Positions 38,470 to 51,049 of a stretch of 64,000 nt of DNA are shown piece after piece. Where the stretch lies: positions 29,264,001 to 29,328,000 of the forward strand of contig OX597833.1 of NCBI GenBank assembly GCA_951406725.2. Direction: 5' to 3'. The notes beneath the pieces were generated by a model. The model saw only the letters and a list, made by a program, of their open reading frames with translations. It ran no database searches and was not told where the DNA came from. This DNA is from Octopus vulgaris (lineage: Eukaryota). A program made the position numbers and the translations under genes. Numbering within the stretch: the first letter of the stretch is position 1; every line of letters begins with the position of its first letter.

Positions 38470-38866
38470 AGGCGCAGAAGTGGCTGTGGTAAGTAGCTTG
38501 TTTACCAACCACATGGTTCCGGGTTCAGTCCCACTGCGTGGCACCTTGGGCAAGTGTCTTCTACTATAGCCTCGGGTCGACCAAAGCCTTGTGAGTGGAT
38601 TTGGTAGAAGGAAACTGGAAGAAGCCCGTTGTATATATGTATATATATATGTATGTTTGTGTGTCCGTGTTTGTCCCCTAGCATTGCTTGACAACTGATG
38701 CTGGTGTGTTTATGTCCCCGTCACTTAGCGGTTCGGCAAAAGAGACCGATAGAATAAGTACTGGGCTTACAAAGAATAAGTCCTGGGGTCGAGTTGCTCG
38801 ATTAAAGGCGGTGCTCCAGCATGGCTGCAGTCAAATGACTGAAACAAGTAAAAGAGTAAAAGAGAG
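38470..38866 (+). mobile_element. tRNA-derived SINE, full-length, with a short duplicated head just upstream
   Basis: Reverse complement of 31327-31741. Confidence 0.85.
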
Positions 38867-40200
38867 AGAGAATAATATACTTTTCTGTTTTTTTGGCTGG
38901 TGTTTGGAATATGAATTAATATAAAATTTTAATAGAAGGTTTTAATTTACATCACTTAAAGCAGTCTCAGATAGATTGATATTAAAAGAGTTAATTTCAC
39001 ACCTACAGCAGTCAACCAGTTACAATAATTGACTATAGAAACTCTTTGGTGGCTAAGGAGTCTGTGGAAACAGACTGATGGCTCCTCAAATTCAGAGAAA
39101 CCATTTACATGAAAAGGAATAGTTAAGTTAGCATATTTAATGAAGTGAACACTAAAAAGCTAATTAGAAATAATTATGTAATGAGGAAAAGATAATATTA
39201 GTTCTGGGTTAATATTATTTTAATTGATCTGGCTAATATGATAGCTAATTCCAGGCATGTTTCAGCCTTATTAGCCTTTCCAAGTGCATATGGTCGACTT
39301 ATTGGACATGGTATTCTATAACTAGATGCCCTTTCTGTTGCCAAACCATACTTGCATTTTAAGCTAGATATTTTTTATTCAAGTGATTTCTACACATCAA
39401 ACAGCTAAGCTATGGAGTTATGGAGCATATTGCTTACAGGAGACATAAACAAATGTCACTGCTATCTAGGCAGTTACAAGACATGCAACACTCACATATA
39501 TATTATATTATGACAGAGGGCTAAGATATGTGGCACATTGCTGTACTTGAGAAGACCAGCCCACCACAACAGAATTTAGATCCTAAAAACAAGGTGCCAC
39601 GTAAAAAGCATTGATATGGGTGCTGGTGCTATGTAAAAAGTACTGGTAATGGTACCACTTAGTAGTGATAGTGCCATGTAAAAAGCAACCAGTACACTCT
39701 GTAAAGTGATTGGCATTAGGAATGGCATCCAGTCATAGAAACCAAGTCAAAACAGACTGTGGAGCCTGGTGTGGCTCCTGACTTTGCCAGTTCCAGTCAA
39801 GCTGTCCAAATTATGCCAACATAGAAAACAGACATTAAATGTTGATGATGATGATTACATGATAGGAGGTTCCTGCACAGTTTGAGTGAAATTTTACTCA
39901 AAAGGTATCAGACAGCTTGGGGCATTGAGAGAAAATACTTGTCCATGGATCCATAAAATGTGATTGAACCCCAAACTACGTGGTTGTGAAGTAACTTTTT
40001 AACCACACAACCATACATCAGACTTCTTGCTATACATTACCATAATCGTCTTTTAGGCCTGGATTTTGTGGGGAGGGGTATAGTTAATCACATCAACTCC
40101 CAGTACTCAACTGGTACTTAATTTATTGACCCTGAAAGTTTGAAAGGCAAAGTTGGCCTCAACGGAATTTGAACTCAGAATGTAATGGCAAACAAAATAT

Positions 40201-40897
40201 TGTACTAGCTTTGGTTTAAAACGTACATTTTAATCTCAGGTTGGCTCAAACAACACTAAGTTTATGGCTTTATTCAGTTTGTGGTTGGCTGAATAAACAG
40301 GCTCCTTCTAACAGGTGCTCTCTGCTACGTCTGATTGTCACTTATATAATATGCCTGCCTCCATGTTTAATTGAGTTCCTAGTTGTACTTCTCTAAAGGA
40401 CTCCCAGCATGCAGTTTTGCTCTATCATGTTAACGCTGGCCTCTCTTACACAAGATCAACCCTTCTTCCATGTGCACCAGCAGTATAGACCAAACTCAAT
40501 GCTGTTATCTCATGCTTTCTATATACACAAATCTCTTTCTATATACACAAAGTACAACTAATGTCTTCCCACATTCATTCATTCACTGCTACCACACTAC
40601 AGACATCTCTATAAAACATTAACATTGTACTTAACCCACACTGCAGCAAATAAAGTTTTACTACTGAACAAGAGTGAGTCGCTGTTGTATATCATCTAAC
40701 AGCTAATGAACACACAAACACAGTCAATGAAATCTGTCTGCCACATACTGCTATCAACATCTACCATTGCTGACATCGTCATCTTCAACCAACAACCATG
40801 GAGTCGACCCAAATGAGAACAACTTTTGTTAAACTTATAACCAACAGACTACGTTAAGGTAGTGGTATCAACAAATCATCACACTGGTGACCTCAGA
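40201..40897 (+). mobile_element. Possible old LTR followed by a primer-binding-site remnant
   Basis: Starts TGTA where a SINE breaks off, has TATA-like (~40343) and AATAAA (~40649) motifs, and ends ..CACA followed by cTGGTGACC. Confidence 0.4.
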
Positions 40898-41040
40898 ACT
40901 TCATATTCATATAGTAATCATCCTTACTAAACTATAATCATATAAACTAATAAGCAGATTGGTGGCTATTGTAATTTTAATAATATAAATTCAATGGTTA
41001 TCCAGGTAGCCTATGTCAGCATGGTAATGGAATATCTGAG

Positions 41041-41489
41041 TTGACCCTTTGCATTGAAACTGGCCATATCCAGCCAAAATATTCTATCTGTTTTGTGTTC
41101 AAACTGACAAGATCTAGGCTCTCTCACCTACCTTACTGTATCATTATAAAAATAAACAATCATAACAAAATCTTGAGGCTACAATATAATGCATGATTAA
41201 TTCAAAACAATGTGAATGAGTAAGCGTTACATTTGACAGAATAATCTGAATGCTAAAGGATTAACTCTTTAGCATTGAGATTACTCTGTCAAATGTGATG
41301 TTTATTGATTCACATTGTTTTGAATTAATCATGCATTAATCTTGTAACTTTGAGATTTTCATGATGTGACTGTTTATTTTTAGAATGACATTGTAGAGCA
41401 GGTGTGAGAAGCCATATCTGGCCATTTTGAACATAAAACAGGTAGGATATTTGGAGTGGATATGACAGGTTTAAGTGCGAAAGGGTTAA
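41041..41489. mobile_element. Two piggyBac-like MITEs in opposite orientation sharing a central TTAA
   Basis: Ends resemble TTAACCCTTTAGCATT / AATGCTAAAGGGTTAA, with a shared TTAA at 41261. Third copy at about 54954-55182. Confidence 0.65.
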
Positions 41490-41758
41490 GAGACGAACAA
41501 AATCCCCAACAAATAAAACACAACAGAACACAGTCAATAACATTACTGAAAGGAGAACTAAAAAAGAATTCACAGTGTTGAATGGTCATCATTTGTCAAA
41601 AAAAAAAAAAAAGAGGACAGAGAGATGGAAGAAAAAGAAGAAGGAAAGGAATGCTAAGTGAAAAAAATAAAAATTGAAGTAGTGGTTTGCAGAAAGAAGA
41701 GCAAGTTAAGGGAGATAAATGAAAATGTTGGCAGGGCTTACAAAGAAAGAGTTTGAAA

Positions 41759-42539
41759 GGATCTTTTCACTTTGACCGGCAGATTTTTAAAATAAATTCC
41801 ATGTAACTAAACACTTTTAAACTTCGTATTCTGGTAGAATGTGTTTATAAAACATCTTTTTCTCTTGGCTTTATTGAGAAAATTCTGTAGTTTGTAACAT
41901 ATTTGTTGTTTAATTTCTTGCATTACAGTAATTTCAGCCAATCAATGACGTCAATTGAGGTGAATTCAATTTCTGCCATAACATTTTCTGGTGGCGTCAT
42001 ATGAAAATGTCCCTGTTTTTTATGAGAAAAAAGATACCCTGTGGCCATAAACTGAGGGGTCACTCGTAAACAGAGCTGGATAACAAAACCGTTCCCTCTT
42101 TAGTGTCCACCCATAATTATGACTCTAGTATCGATCTATTGCATTTCAATCTGTTTTAGAGTTAGAGTTAGGGTTAGGGTTAGGGTTAAGGTTAGGGATA
42201 GGGGTGGGGGGAAGGGTATCTTTTTTTCATCAGAAATGTAAATAAACCCAATCTGTTTCTTAAACGAATATATAATATGTAACAGGGACATTTTCATATG
42301 ACACCACCAGAAAATGTTACGGCAGAAATTGAATTCACCTCAATAGACGTCATTGATTAGTTGAAATTACCGAAATGCAAGAAATTAAACAACAAATATG
42401 TTACAAACTACAGAATTTTCTCAAGAAAGCCAAGAGAAAAAGATGTTTTATAAACACATTCTATCAGTATACGAAGTTTAAAATTTTTTAGTTACATAGA
42501 AATTATTTTAAAAATCTGTCGCTCAAAGTGAAAAGATCC
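41759..42539. mobile_element. Long-TIR MITE with 8-bp TSD and internal TTAGGG repeats, copy 2
   Basis: GGATCTTTTCAC.../...GTGAAAAGATCC ends, TIRs about 250 bp, TSD GTTTGAAA/ATTTGAAA (7 of 8 match). Confidence 0.88.
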
Positions 42540-43339
42540 ATTTGAAATTTTGGCATTGTGATATTCTGGTTGCAGATATTCTGGTGTATTATGAATAATA
42601 TAAGTCCAGTAGTAATGCAGGTCTTGTATGTTAGTGTGGTAATGGAATATCCAAGTAGAGCAAGGAGAAAACACAGTAGCTATAGTTACAGTGTGATCAA
42701 CAGACTGGTTCCTATAGTAATGCATTAGACTAGTAACCATGTCAACAGACTGATTGCTATACTAATTAAACCAGCAGTTAGAGCAACAGACTAATCAGCA
42801 CATAGTTGCCATGGCTACACATTATGCTCCAGTTACTAATCTCTGTTTATCTCACATTAATACACACACATACACACACACACACATGCATGCACACAAA
42901 CACACACGCACATACACACACATGTATGTATGTATGCATGTATGTATGTATGTATGTGTGTGTTTGTGTGAATGTATGCATAAATATATATATATTCATC
43001 TGAGTGCAGAAACACAGAAATACTCTTGATTTGTGTCAGGGCACACAGCAAAACTACTGATAGTGAGGGACTTCAAGATGTTGTCCCAGCATTCTTTTAA
43101 GAAAGGAATACTCTGATTACTGGTCATCTTGCTTTGGCCTATCAATAAGTTCTAATCACACAGATTCAGAGAATGGTACTCATATTCTACAAGCATTTAT
43201 CCCTATATTCCAGTGTTGTACATCTACAGAAAGTTCTATGACAATGGAAAAGTGGCAACATGTGCAGACCTGACCATTTGGAAGCACAGAGTAAGTTACA
43301 ACTTTCGTCTGTCACTTATACTTCAAACTGCAAATCTAC

Positions 43340-45950
43340 AGGGAGAGTGAATACAGCCACAAGACAAATAGAAATTGCCTGCCCCTCCCAGCCAAAAGAG
43401 GGTAGTGGAGCAATCTTCACAATGGATTCAGCTGATAGCTGGACCTGTCCCTCATGCGACAGCAGGTGTTCAACATAAACCTACAAGTCAGCAATACTCA
43501 GGTTTATCTCGAACAGGCAGCACCCCTCAGTAGTACTGGCAGACAAGGGATTTCTGGAAGTTATCCATAGGCCCAAGCCTGAAAGTTCTCTGAAACAGAC
43601 CAGTTAGTTGATCTTCATCAACACCCAGAGTTCCCCAAGAACTAGCCCTCTATAGAACACTAGAGTGGAACTACTACCAACTGCATTGCTCCTCAAAGTG
43701 CCAAGCACCTCTCTTCTGTCTACGTCTAATCCAGGATTGCAGCTCAGCCAAAGAGATGAGCTGTGGAAAGGTGTGCCTGACAAATGGTGACCACACCTGC
43801 TCACCATCAAGGAAATGCTAGAAATGTCACAACCTCAGTGCACGTCAGTGCATCAGTAATCATGGCATGCCCAGCCCTTCATTCAGCAGCTGTTGACAGC
43901 AGATGGAGCACCTGACCATTGGAATGTGCTCCTTCTACAGAATGCCGAAGAGTAAGCACACCAGCTTGGTCAACTAGCAAACAGGACAAAAGATGACAGT
44001 TGAGTAGTAAAAAATGACGGATGACATGTACACATTCGCCACCTTGGCTTGACCTTACAGGGACAGCTTCCTTTTGGCCCATTTCTGGGTGAGCTTCACT
44101 ACCCTGCTCATCACCTCATCCTAGTTTTTTTCCACCTGGAGGTCTGGACCAAACTAGACTCTGAGCAACTTAACTGGATCGTCTGTCCAGCACCCAACAA
44201 TGCTGTTGGATGGCATGGACTTGCCTCTCCAGCTGCCAAGTTGCAAGCCCACTGACTTTTCCATGTTAATTTTTTGCTCCTGTCACCACTTCATATTCTT
44301 GTAGTGTGTCGCCAATCAGCTCTATATGCCTGTGGCTCAATACTACGAGGGTGACATCATCAGCGTAAACAGACACACTTCTCCCACATCCTAGATCATG
44401 CAGGACATGCCTCAATGCCTCCAACTTCTGCAGTAATGGCTCAAGAGTCAGTACATACAGATGGGAAGAGAGAGAGGGCACCCTTGACAGACCAAACGCA
44501 AGATGCTGAATGGCTCTGACAGGTGACCATTCACCTGAACAGATCCCACTGTACAAAGCAGCGATCCTACCACAGAAAATGGGACCAAAACCAGCTGCGT
44601 TGAGGACAACTGCCACGTATTGATGGTCGACCCTATCAAAGGCTGTAGATTGATCTAAATTGATCAGAATCCCACCCATGCCAGCTTCGTTACCCACCCT
44701 CTCTACGATGTAGCACATAAGATGGAGTTTATCGTAAATAATCCTGGTTGGGATGGTGCATGTTTGTGCCTTGCCAACCAGCTTGTCGACAATAAGCATC
44801 AACCTCTTGGCTAACACCTTGGCCAAAATCTTCAACTCTGCATTGAGCAGAGTGACGAGCCTAAAATTCTCCATAATGTCCCCCTTGTTTGGGTCCTTTC
44901 TCAGCAGTGTCACCACCCCTCCACTGACAAAAGTGGGAATTCTTCCATTCTGTTACCAGTTGTAGTTGATGTCTGCTAAGAGGCCTGCAAACAAGTCTGG
45001 CATCGAAGTATAAAGCTCGTAGGGCAGACCATCCAAATCTGACGATTTACCTCTCATGCAGCTTTTCATTGCTTCCTGTATCTCCTCTACTGTTATCAGC
45101 CTTTTGCAGCACTCTGCCTCACTCGCTGAGAGTCGTGGCAGTCCATCCAGGTACACACTGAAGTCTGCCCTGTTATCCATCCTACTATTCATCCCAAACA
45201 GGTGAGCAAAGTGCAGCTGAAAAGCTCCGCACATCTGTTTTGATTCGAACACCTCGCATCCGGTCTGGTCCTGCAAAGACCGAATGGTGGCTTTATTGCC
45301 ACTTTTCACCTCTGCCATGCAAGCCCATCATGATGTTTTTGTTCCTTTTCCACTTAGTGAACATGCCTTAGCTCTGACAATGCAGCCTTCATGTTTGGCA
45401 TTGAAATATTGGTTGAGGCCAACCTAGCTGCCAACACATCAGTTGTGATACCTGTCCTAAGTGCCTCATCTAACTTTCTAACTAAATCTCCCATTCTATT
45501 TCTCTCTACCACTAATGCCTTGCTAAACCTAATTGATTCTACTCTAATTGCCCTTTTACGAGCAAACCACCAGTTGTTGTTGACGATTGCACCCATCAAT
45601 ACCCACTTAACCAATTCACTAATCCGGTCTTGATATGCCAGTAATTATGTGTCTGGCTTCCAGTAACCAGGACCCTGTCTATGAAGCCTATCTAAGTACA
45701 GATCACAAATTTGTGGTCTGTGTAGCCGGCCATGTGAAATTGTGGACACCCTATGCTATCCCTGTTCGCTGGCCTACAAAATACCCTATCTAGATATGAT
45801 AGCCTGAAAGCACTGCCGTCATTGCTGCTCACATCTAGGACCACCAACTTAACTTCTGGATCCAGGAAGACTGCCTTTATTTTCAAATTCAGACCCTTCT
45901 GGAAAACCACTACAGTACCATAGCAGCCACTCCCCTTGACAATAGAATCC
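43340..45950 (-). mobile_element. Degenerate Tx1/L1-clade LINE
   Basis: KSSDLDGLPYELY, NFRLVTLLNAELKILAKVLAKRL, LDQSTAFDRVDH, QGCPLS, YADDV. Confidence 0.88.
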
Positions 45951-46164
45951 ACCTTGTTTTTCACAAAATAAAAAGCAAAAATTTAAAGAAAGGACTAAAA
46001 TGTCCAAAATGGCCCCTAAAAAGATGAACTTTCAACAACAAACCTCTTCTGGTCAAGAAAGGTTCACAAAATCAACAATTGAAGTAAAACAGGCAACAAC
46101 CTTCAAAAAACAACAGCAAAAATTGCAACTTACATTGCTCAAAAAAACACATCTTCACTCGCCA

Positions 46165-47650
46165 ACAACAACAACAATAATTCATTTTTTATTAGCCACA
46201 AGGGCTTACATAAAACAACATTAAATGACATGACACAACATAAAATATAACAAAGGGTTTTCAGTGTGTAAACAATAAAAAACAATAAAAATTAAATGTA
46301 AACTCCCAAAAGGGGAGGTGCTTTATAGGTCCTTATCAAAAATACCACAAGAAGCTACAGGTGCCTGATCAACAGGGCAAGAGTCCTTCTTTTATCTTTC
46401 ACAGGCATACACTCAGAATTGGTCCTTTCACATCGGCAATTCTTCCAACATTCACCCATCTTTCAACAAACTTGCTAGAAGGCAATGCTTTCCTCTCCAC
46501 CCTCAGCTTCCTTTTCAAGTGAAACTTGAAAAAGTTGATGAAGGCTTGGCCAAAGAGGAAAGTGTCTGAATTTAGCCCTTTCAGACAAGCCCACCATACT
46601 ACCTCTTTCACTACAGCCACCAGACAAATAAAAACTGCCTGCCCCTCCCAGCCAAAAGAGGGCAGTCTTTACTATGGATTTAGCTGATAGCCAGATCCAT
46701 CCTACATGTGACAACAGGTGTTTGATCTAAACCCACAGGTCAGCAATACTCAGGCACTGGATGAGGGCATGCAGAAAGGTTTCATTGTTCTGCGTGTACC
46801 TCAAGCAGGCCCAGCTGATGGCACTTCCGTGCCTGTAAAGTTTATCCCGGAGAGGCAGTGCCCTTTGGTAGGGATTTCTCAAAATTATCCATAGGCGTAG
46901 GCCTGAAAGTTCTCTGAAACAGACATATTAGTTGATCCTTGTCGATGCCCAATTTTTCTCCAAGAACATTGTCGCACTTCCCCTCCACTAGCCCTCTATA
47001 AAGTGCTAGAGTGGAACAACCACCAACTGCATTGTCCAGAGTTGTGAGCACTTGATGGCACACAAGGTGCCAAGTGCCCCACCTTGGTCTATGCTTAATC
47101 CAGGTTTACAGCTCATTCAAAGAGACAAGCTATCGAAAAAGTGAGTCACACCTGCTTACCATCAGAGAAATGTTGGAGATACTGCAACCTCAGCACATGT
47201 CTGCACATCAACAACCACAGCATGCCCAGCCCTCCATTAAGTGGCTGTTGACAGCAGATGGAAAGCCTGACCAGTGGAATGCACCCCTTCCACAGAAAGT
47301 AGAAGAGCAAGCGCACCAGCTTGGTCAACCAGCAAACGAGGCAAGGGACAAAAATCAAGTGGTAATAGATGACAGATGTGATATACACATTCACCACCTT
47401 GGCTCGACCTTACAGGGACAGCTTTCTCTTGGCCCATTTCTTGGTGAGATTGGCTACCCTGCTTCTCATTTAATTCCAGATTTTCTTACACCTGGAGAAA
47501 ACCAAATCTGGACCAAACCAAATCCTGAGCAATTTAATTGGACCCTCTGTCCAGCACCCCACGATGCTGTTGGACAGCATGGACTTGCCTCTCCAGGTGC
47601 CGAGTTGCAAGCCCACTGACTTTACCACTTCAATTTTTGCTCCTGTCAGT
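46165..47650 (-). mobile_element. Second Tx1/L1-clade LINE copy (3' part)
   Basis: Homologous to 43340-44290 (WTEGPIKLLRIWFGPDL, CQQPLNGGLGM). AATAAA and (TTG)n tail near 46165-46192. Confidence 0.8.
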
Positions 47651-49589
47651 GGGGGAAGTAACATTGAGTGGATGTGGCTTGTGTCAGTTGAGAGATTTAA
47701 GGTATAGAGGGGTCAAAATACAGGTGTCTTGCTGTAGAGTAGATACATGAATACCCCAGTTGGAAAACAAAGGAAAGTGAGTCAGAGAGTAAGATAATGG
47801 GAGTGATAATGAGAGAGATAATGGCAGAGAGATAATTACAAACAACAAGTTAATTGTGCTAACATTTACAATTTGGTATCTTCAAAATTATTTATGTTCA
47901 GTAGTACTATATTTTTAAGGAAATGCAATACTACCAAATACAGCTAACTTCAGATAGTTTAGGTTACAATAGATGGATCATAAAAAATGACATGTAACAA
48001 TGTAATTTAATTATTATGATGTCGCTTCCTGTAATATAGTTATAAACAAAAATTTACGTTTATTTGTTTTGCCAAGAGGCATGTGTGCCATTGTGAATTG
48101 GTCTGCATGCCATAGGTTTCCAACACCTGGCCTAGATTATGGCAGTGGTTTTGCAGAATTGTTAGAACATTAGATAAAATGTAAAATGCCTTGTGATATC
48201 TAGCTACAGACCTTTACATTGAGAATTCAAATCTTATAGAAGTCAACTTTACTTTGATAAACAGTATCAGTCAAATACTGAGGTAAATTTAATGAACTGG
48301 TCCCTTTCTACCAAAGTTTTTGCCTTGTATCTAAGGTATATAGATAACTGGAAGACAAAATCCCAATGAAGGCTCAACCTGAAACTCAGTGTCATCTTCT
48401 CAGAGGAAGAAGCAAGAAACTATAATATACACACACACATATATATATACACACAAACTATAGGCAATCCCTGTTTATTTTGAACTCAAACCACACTCCC
48501 ATTAAAGATTAGTTATGTACTTAGCTGCTGGTGTAGTGAATTTGCGGATATTAAAATTAAAAATTTGAAAAACAAATGATAAGAGTGCCTAGTTTAGTTT
48601 AATGTCTCACACCATCTAAGTATTGACTGATCATTCTTGAAATTGAGCAAATTAAGGAATTCATAACTTAGGTATAAAACCTCATTTAAATAGAGTTAAT
48701 TGTATAATAGTGTAGAAGTAAAGGGGATGCAACATCTGGTAGATAAGGGGCCTGATGCAACTCCTTTCTACACTGGTATATTTCAAGGGAGGAATTGTCA
48801 GCTAACTAAACAAATGTAAGAGAGAGAGAGAAGTGATAAGGTGTGTGTGTGTGTGTATAAAACAACTGATGATCAGTTACTCTTTTCAGTTTCACTTAAC
48901 TACTATATATATGTGTGTGTACCAGGTGCACCAGGTTCCAGTCTGATTTGGTATGGTTTCTACAATTGCCATCAAGTGATCCAAAAGATGAAGATCAGAA
49001 CATTCCATTGTGTGCAGTCATCATTGATTCCTGAATGTAATTCATATACATGAGAAGGTGGGGGTAGGGTGAAACAACTTTTACAGCTTCTGGAGAGATA
49101 TCGTCATGGATTGTTATATTATTATGACATGGCATATTGTTAGCTTTGCTCTGGCAGTGGTGGTAATGGTGGATTCCTGTATCAGAGCAAATGTTTCTTG
49201 AAGCATTTATATTTGTCAAAAATGTCAAATCTCATATTTAGATATATCTTAGAAGTACATACACTCCTAGAGATAAAGATCTTCTCAGCTATGCAGATGT
49301 CTCATTGTTTTTGCTCCATTAATGGTTTATACCTCTCTAGCATTATCTGTATTTTGCTGAAGTCTGCACTGCTAACCTTTAATTTCCTGACCACATTTGA
49401 GAGCTTTATAGCTATACTGGGGCACCCCTTTGAAGAATTTTAGACAATCCCATAAGCCTCAATACTCTTTTTACAGCCTGGTACTCATCTCATCATTCTC
49501 CGTTTGTTGAATCACTAAGTTGCAAGAAATCAACATGGAGCAAATTTTTCAAACATTGACAAACTAAAAAGAGATGCATAAACATATAC

Positions 49590-49653
<64 letters not shown>

Positions 49654-50067
49654 ACACACACACACACACACAAAGTTATTGCATTTCATGAATGAGTTGA
49701 CAAAGATTTGTGTTGATTGGCAACATGCTGTGAGGGAGAAGACTAAACTGCCCATACAGGCATGGTAAAACAAATGTGTATGTATAAACAGATATCTACT
49801 TATCATCATCATCCTTTAATGTTTGTTGTCCATGCTAGCATGAGTTGGACGGTTTGACTAGAGCTGATAAGCTGGTAAGCTGCACCAGGTTCCAGTCTGA
49901 TTTGGTATGGTTTCTACAGCTAGATGCCCTTCCTAATACTACCCACCTTATGGAGTATGCTGGGTGAGAGTTTTTTATGTGGTATTGTGTGAGAGCTTTT
50001 TATGTAGCATTAGCATGAGTTACACATGTATAATTTGTATATCTATGTATGCATTTATAGGTATATG

Positions 50068-51049
50068 TGTAAGGAATATGACCGTACGTAAGGAGTTGGT
50101 GACAAATGTCTCCTTTTGAACACCGCACGGTCACCCCTAACAAAATAAGAATCCAAATACATGATATAAAATACAGTGCCAAAAGGATAAATGAGGACGA
50201 CAACTCTTCTACTGTTTGAGAGAGAAGAAGACTTTATTTACAATTGTACAAAGAGTGGGTGTGAATGTTAGCAAAGTGTTGTGTCTGAATGCATGCGACA
50301 AATGTTTGTGTCTGTGTGTTCATGTATGCGACAGAGGTGTATGCGTATAACACAGAATACAGAGCATAAGATATGTTTCTCAGCAAATTAAGTTAAAAAT
50401 GGAATTTGAGGTACACAATAGCAAGTTCTATAACAAGATGTTGTGGACACGAGGCAGAGGCTGGTTGGGCACATGTCGTGCAGTGGTTTGTGGCTTCAAT
50501 GCCATGCTGAGTCTCTTGATACAGAAAGTTCTTTCAGGTAGACTGCAACTGTTTTACCTTGGTGAAATATTCACAAACAGCATGGAGTTTAAACCTGGAT
50601 GATGTTGATGTGTACATATTTGAAGTTGACGGTGGTAATGATGATGGTGATGGAGACGTCCTATGCTGCTGGTGTACAGTAGTGTTGTCATGGCTGAAGC
50701 AGGAGCATGGCTGGCTGGCTGGTCATCTGTCGATGGAACTGGAACATGGCTGAGTAGCTCAGTGGTCAGAGACTAGACCTTAGAAGGTCTAGAGCCAAAG
50801 ACCTGGAATAGTGAATGCTGGCATCTTATAAAGCCTGTGGTAGGCTCAAATGAAGCAGACCTTATCTGAAGGCCGTGATTGGTTGGCTCACACACTGGCG
50901 CGAAACAAATCAAAAGACAAATTGCACCAAATGCCAACCAATCAGAACAGTGGACACAACAGGGTCAAACTAGCCAAAGATGGTTGTTATCTACCACGAG
51001 ATTATTCTTAATGTGTCTCTCAAACAGTGAGGATATCAGTTACGCTACA
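50068..51049 (-). mobile_element. Solo LTR
   Basis: TGTA...TACA ends and matching 4-bp TSD TATG. Minus-strand TATA-like (~50826) and AATAAA (~50233) in the expected order. Confidence 0.75.

Noticed and set aside
42161-42217. Chromosome end or telomere fusion site
   Set aside because: The few TTAGGG units are internal to a TIR element and recur in its sibling at ~29120.
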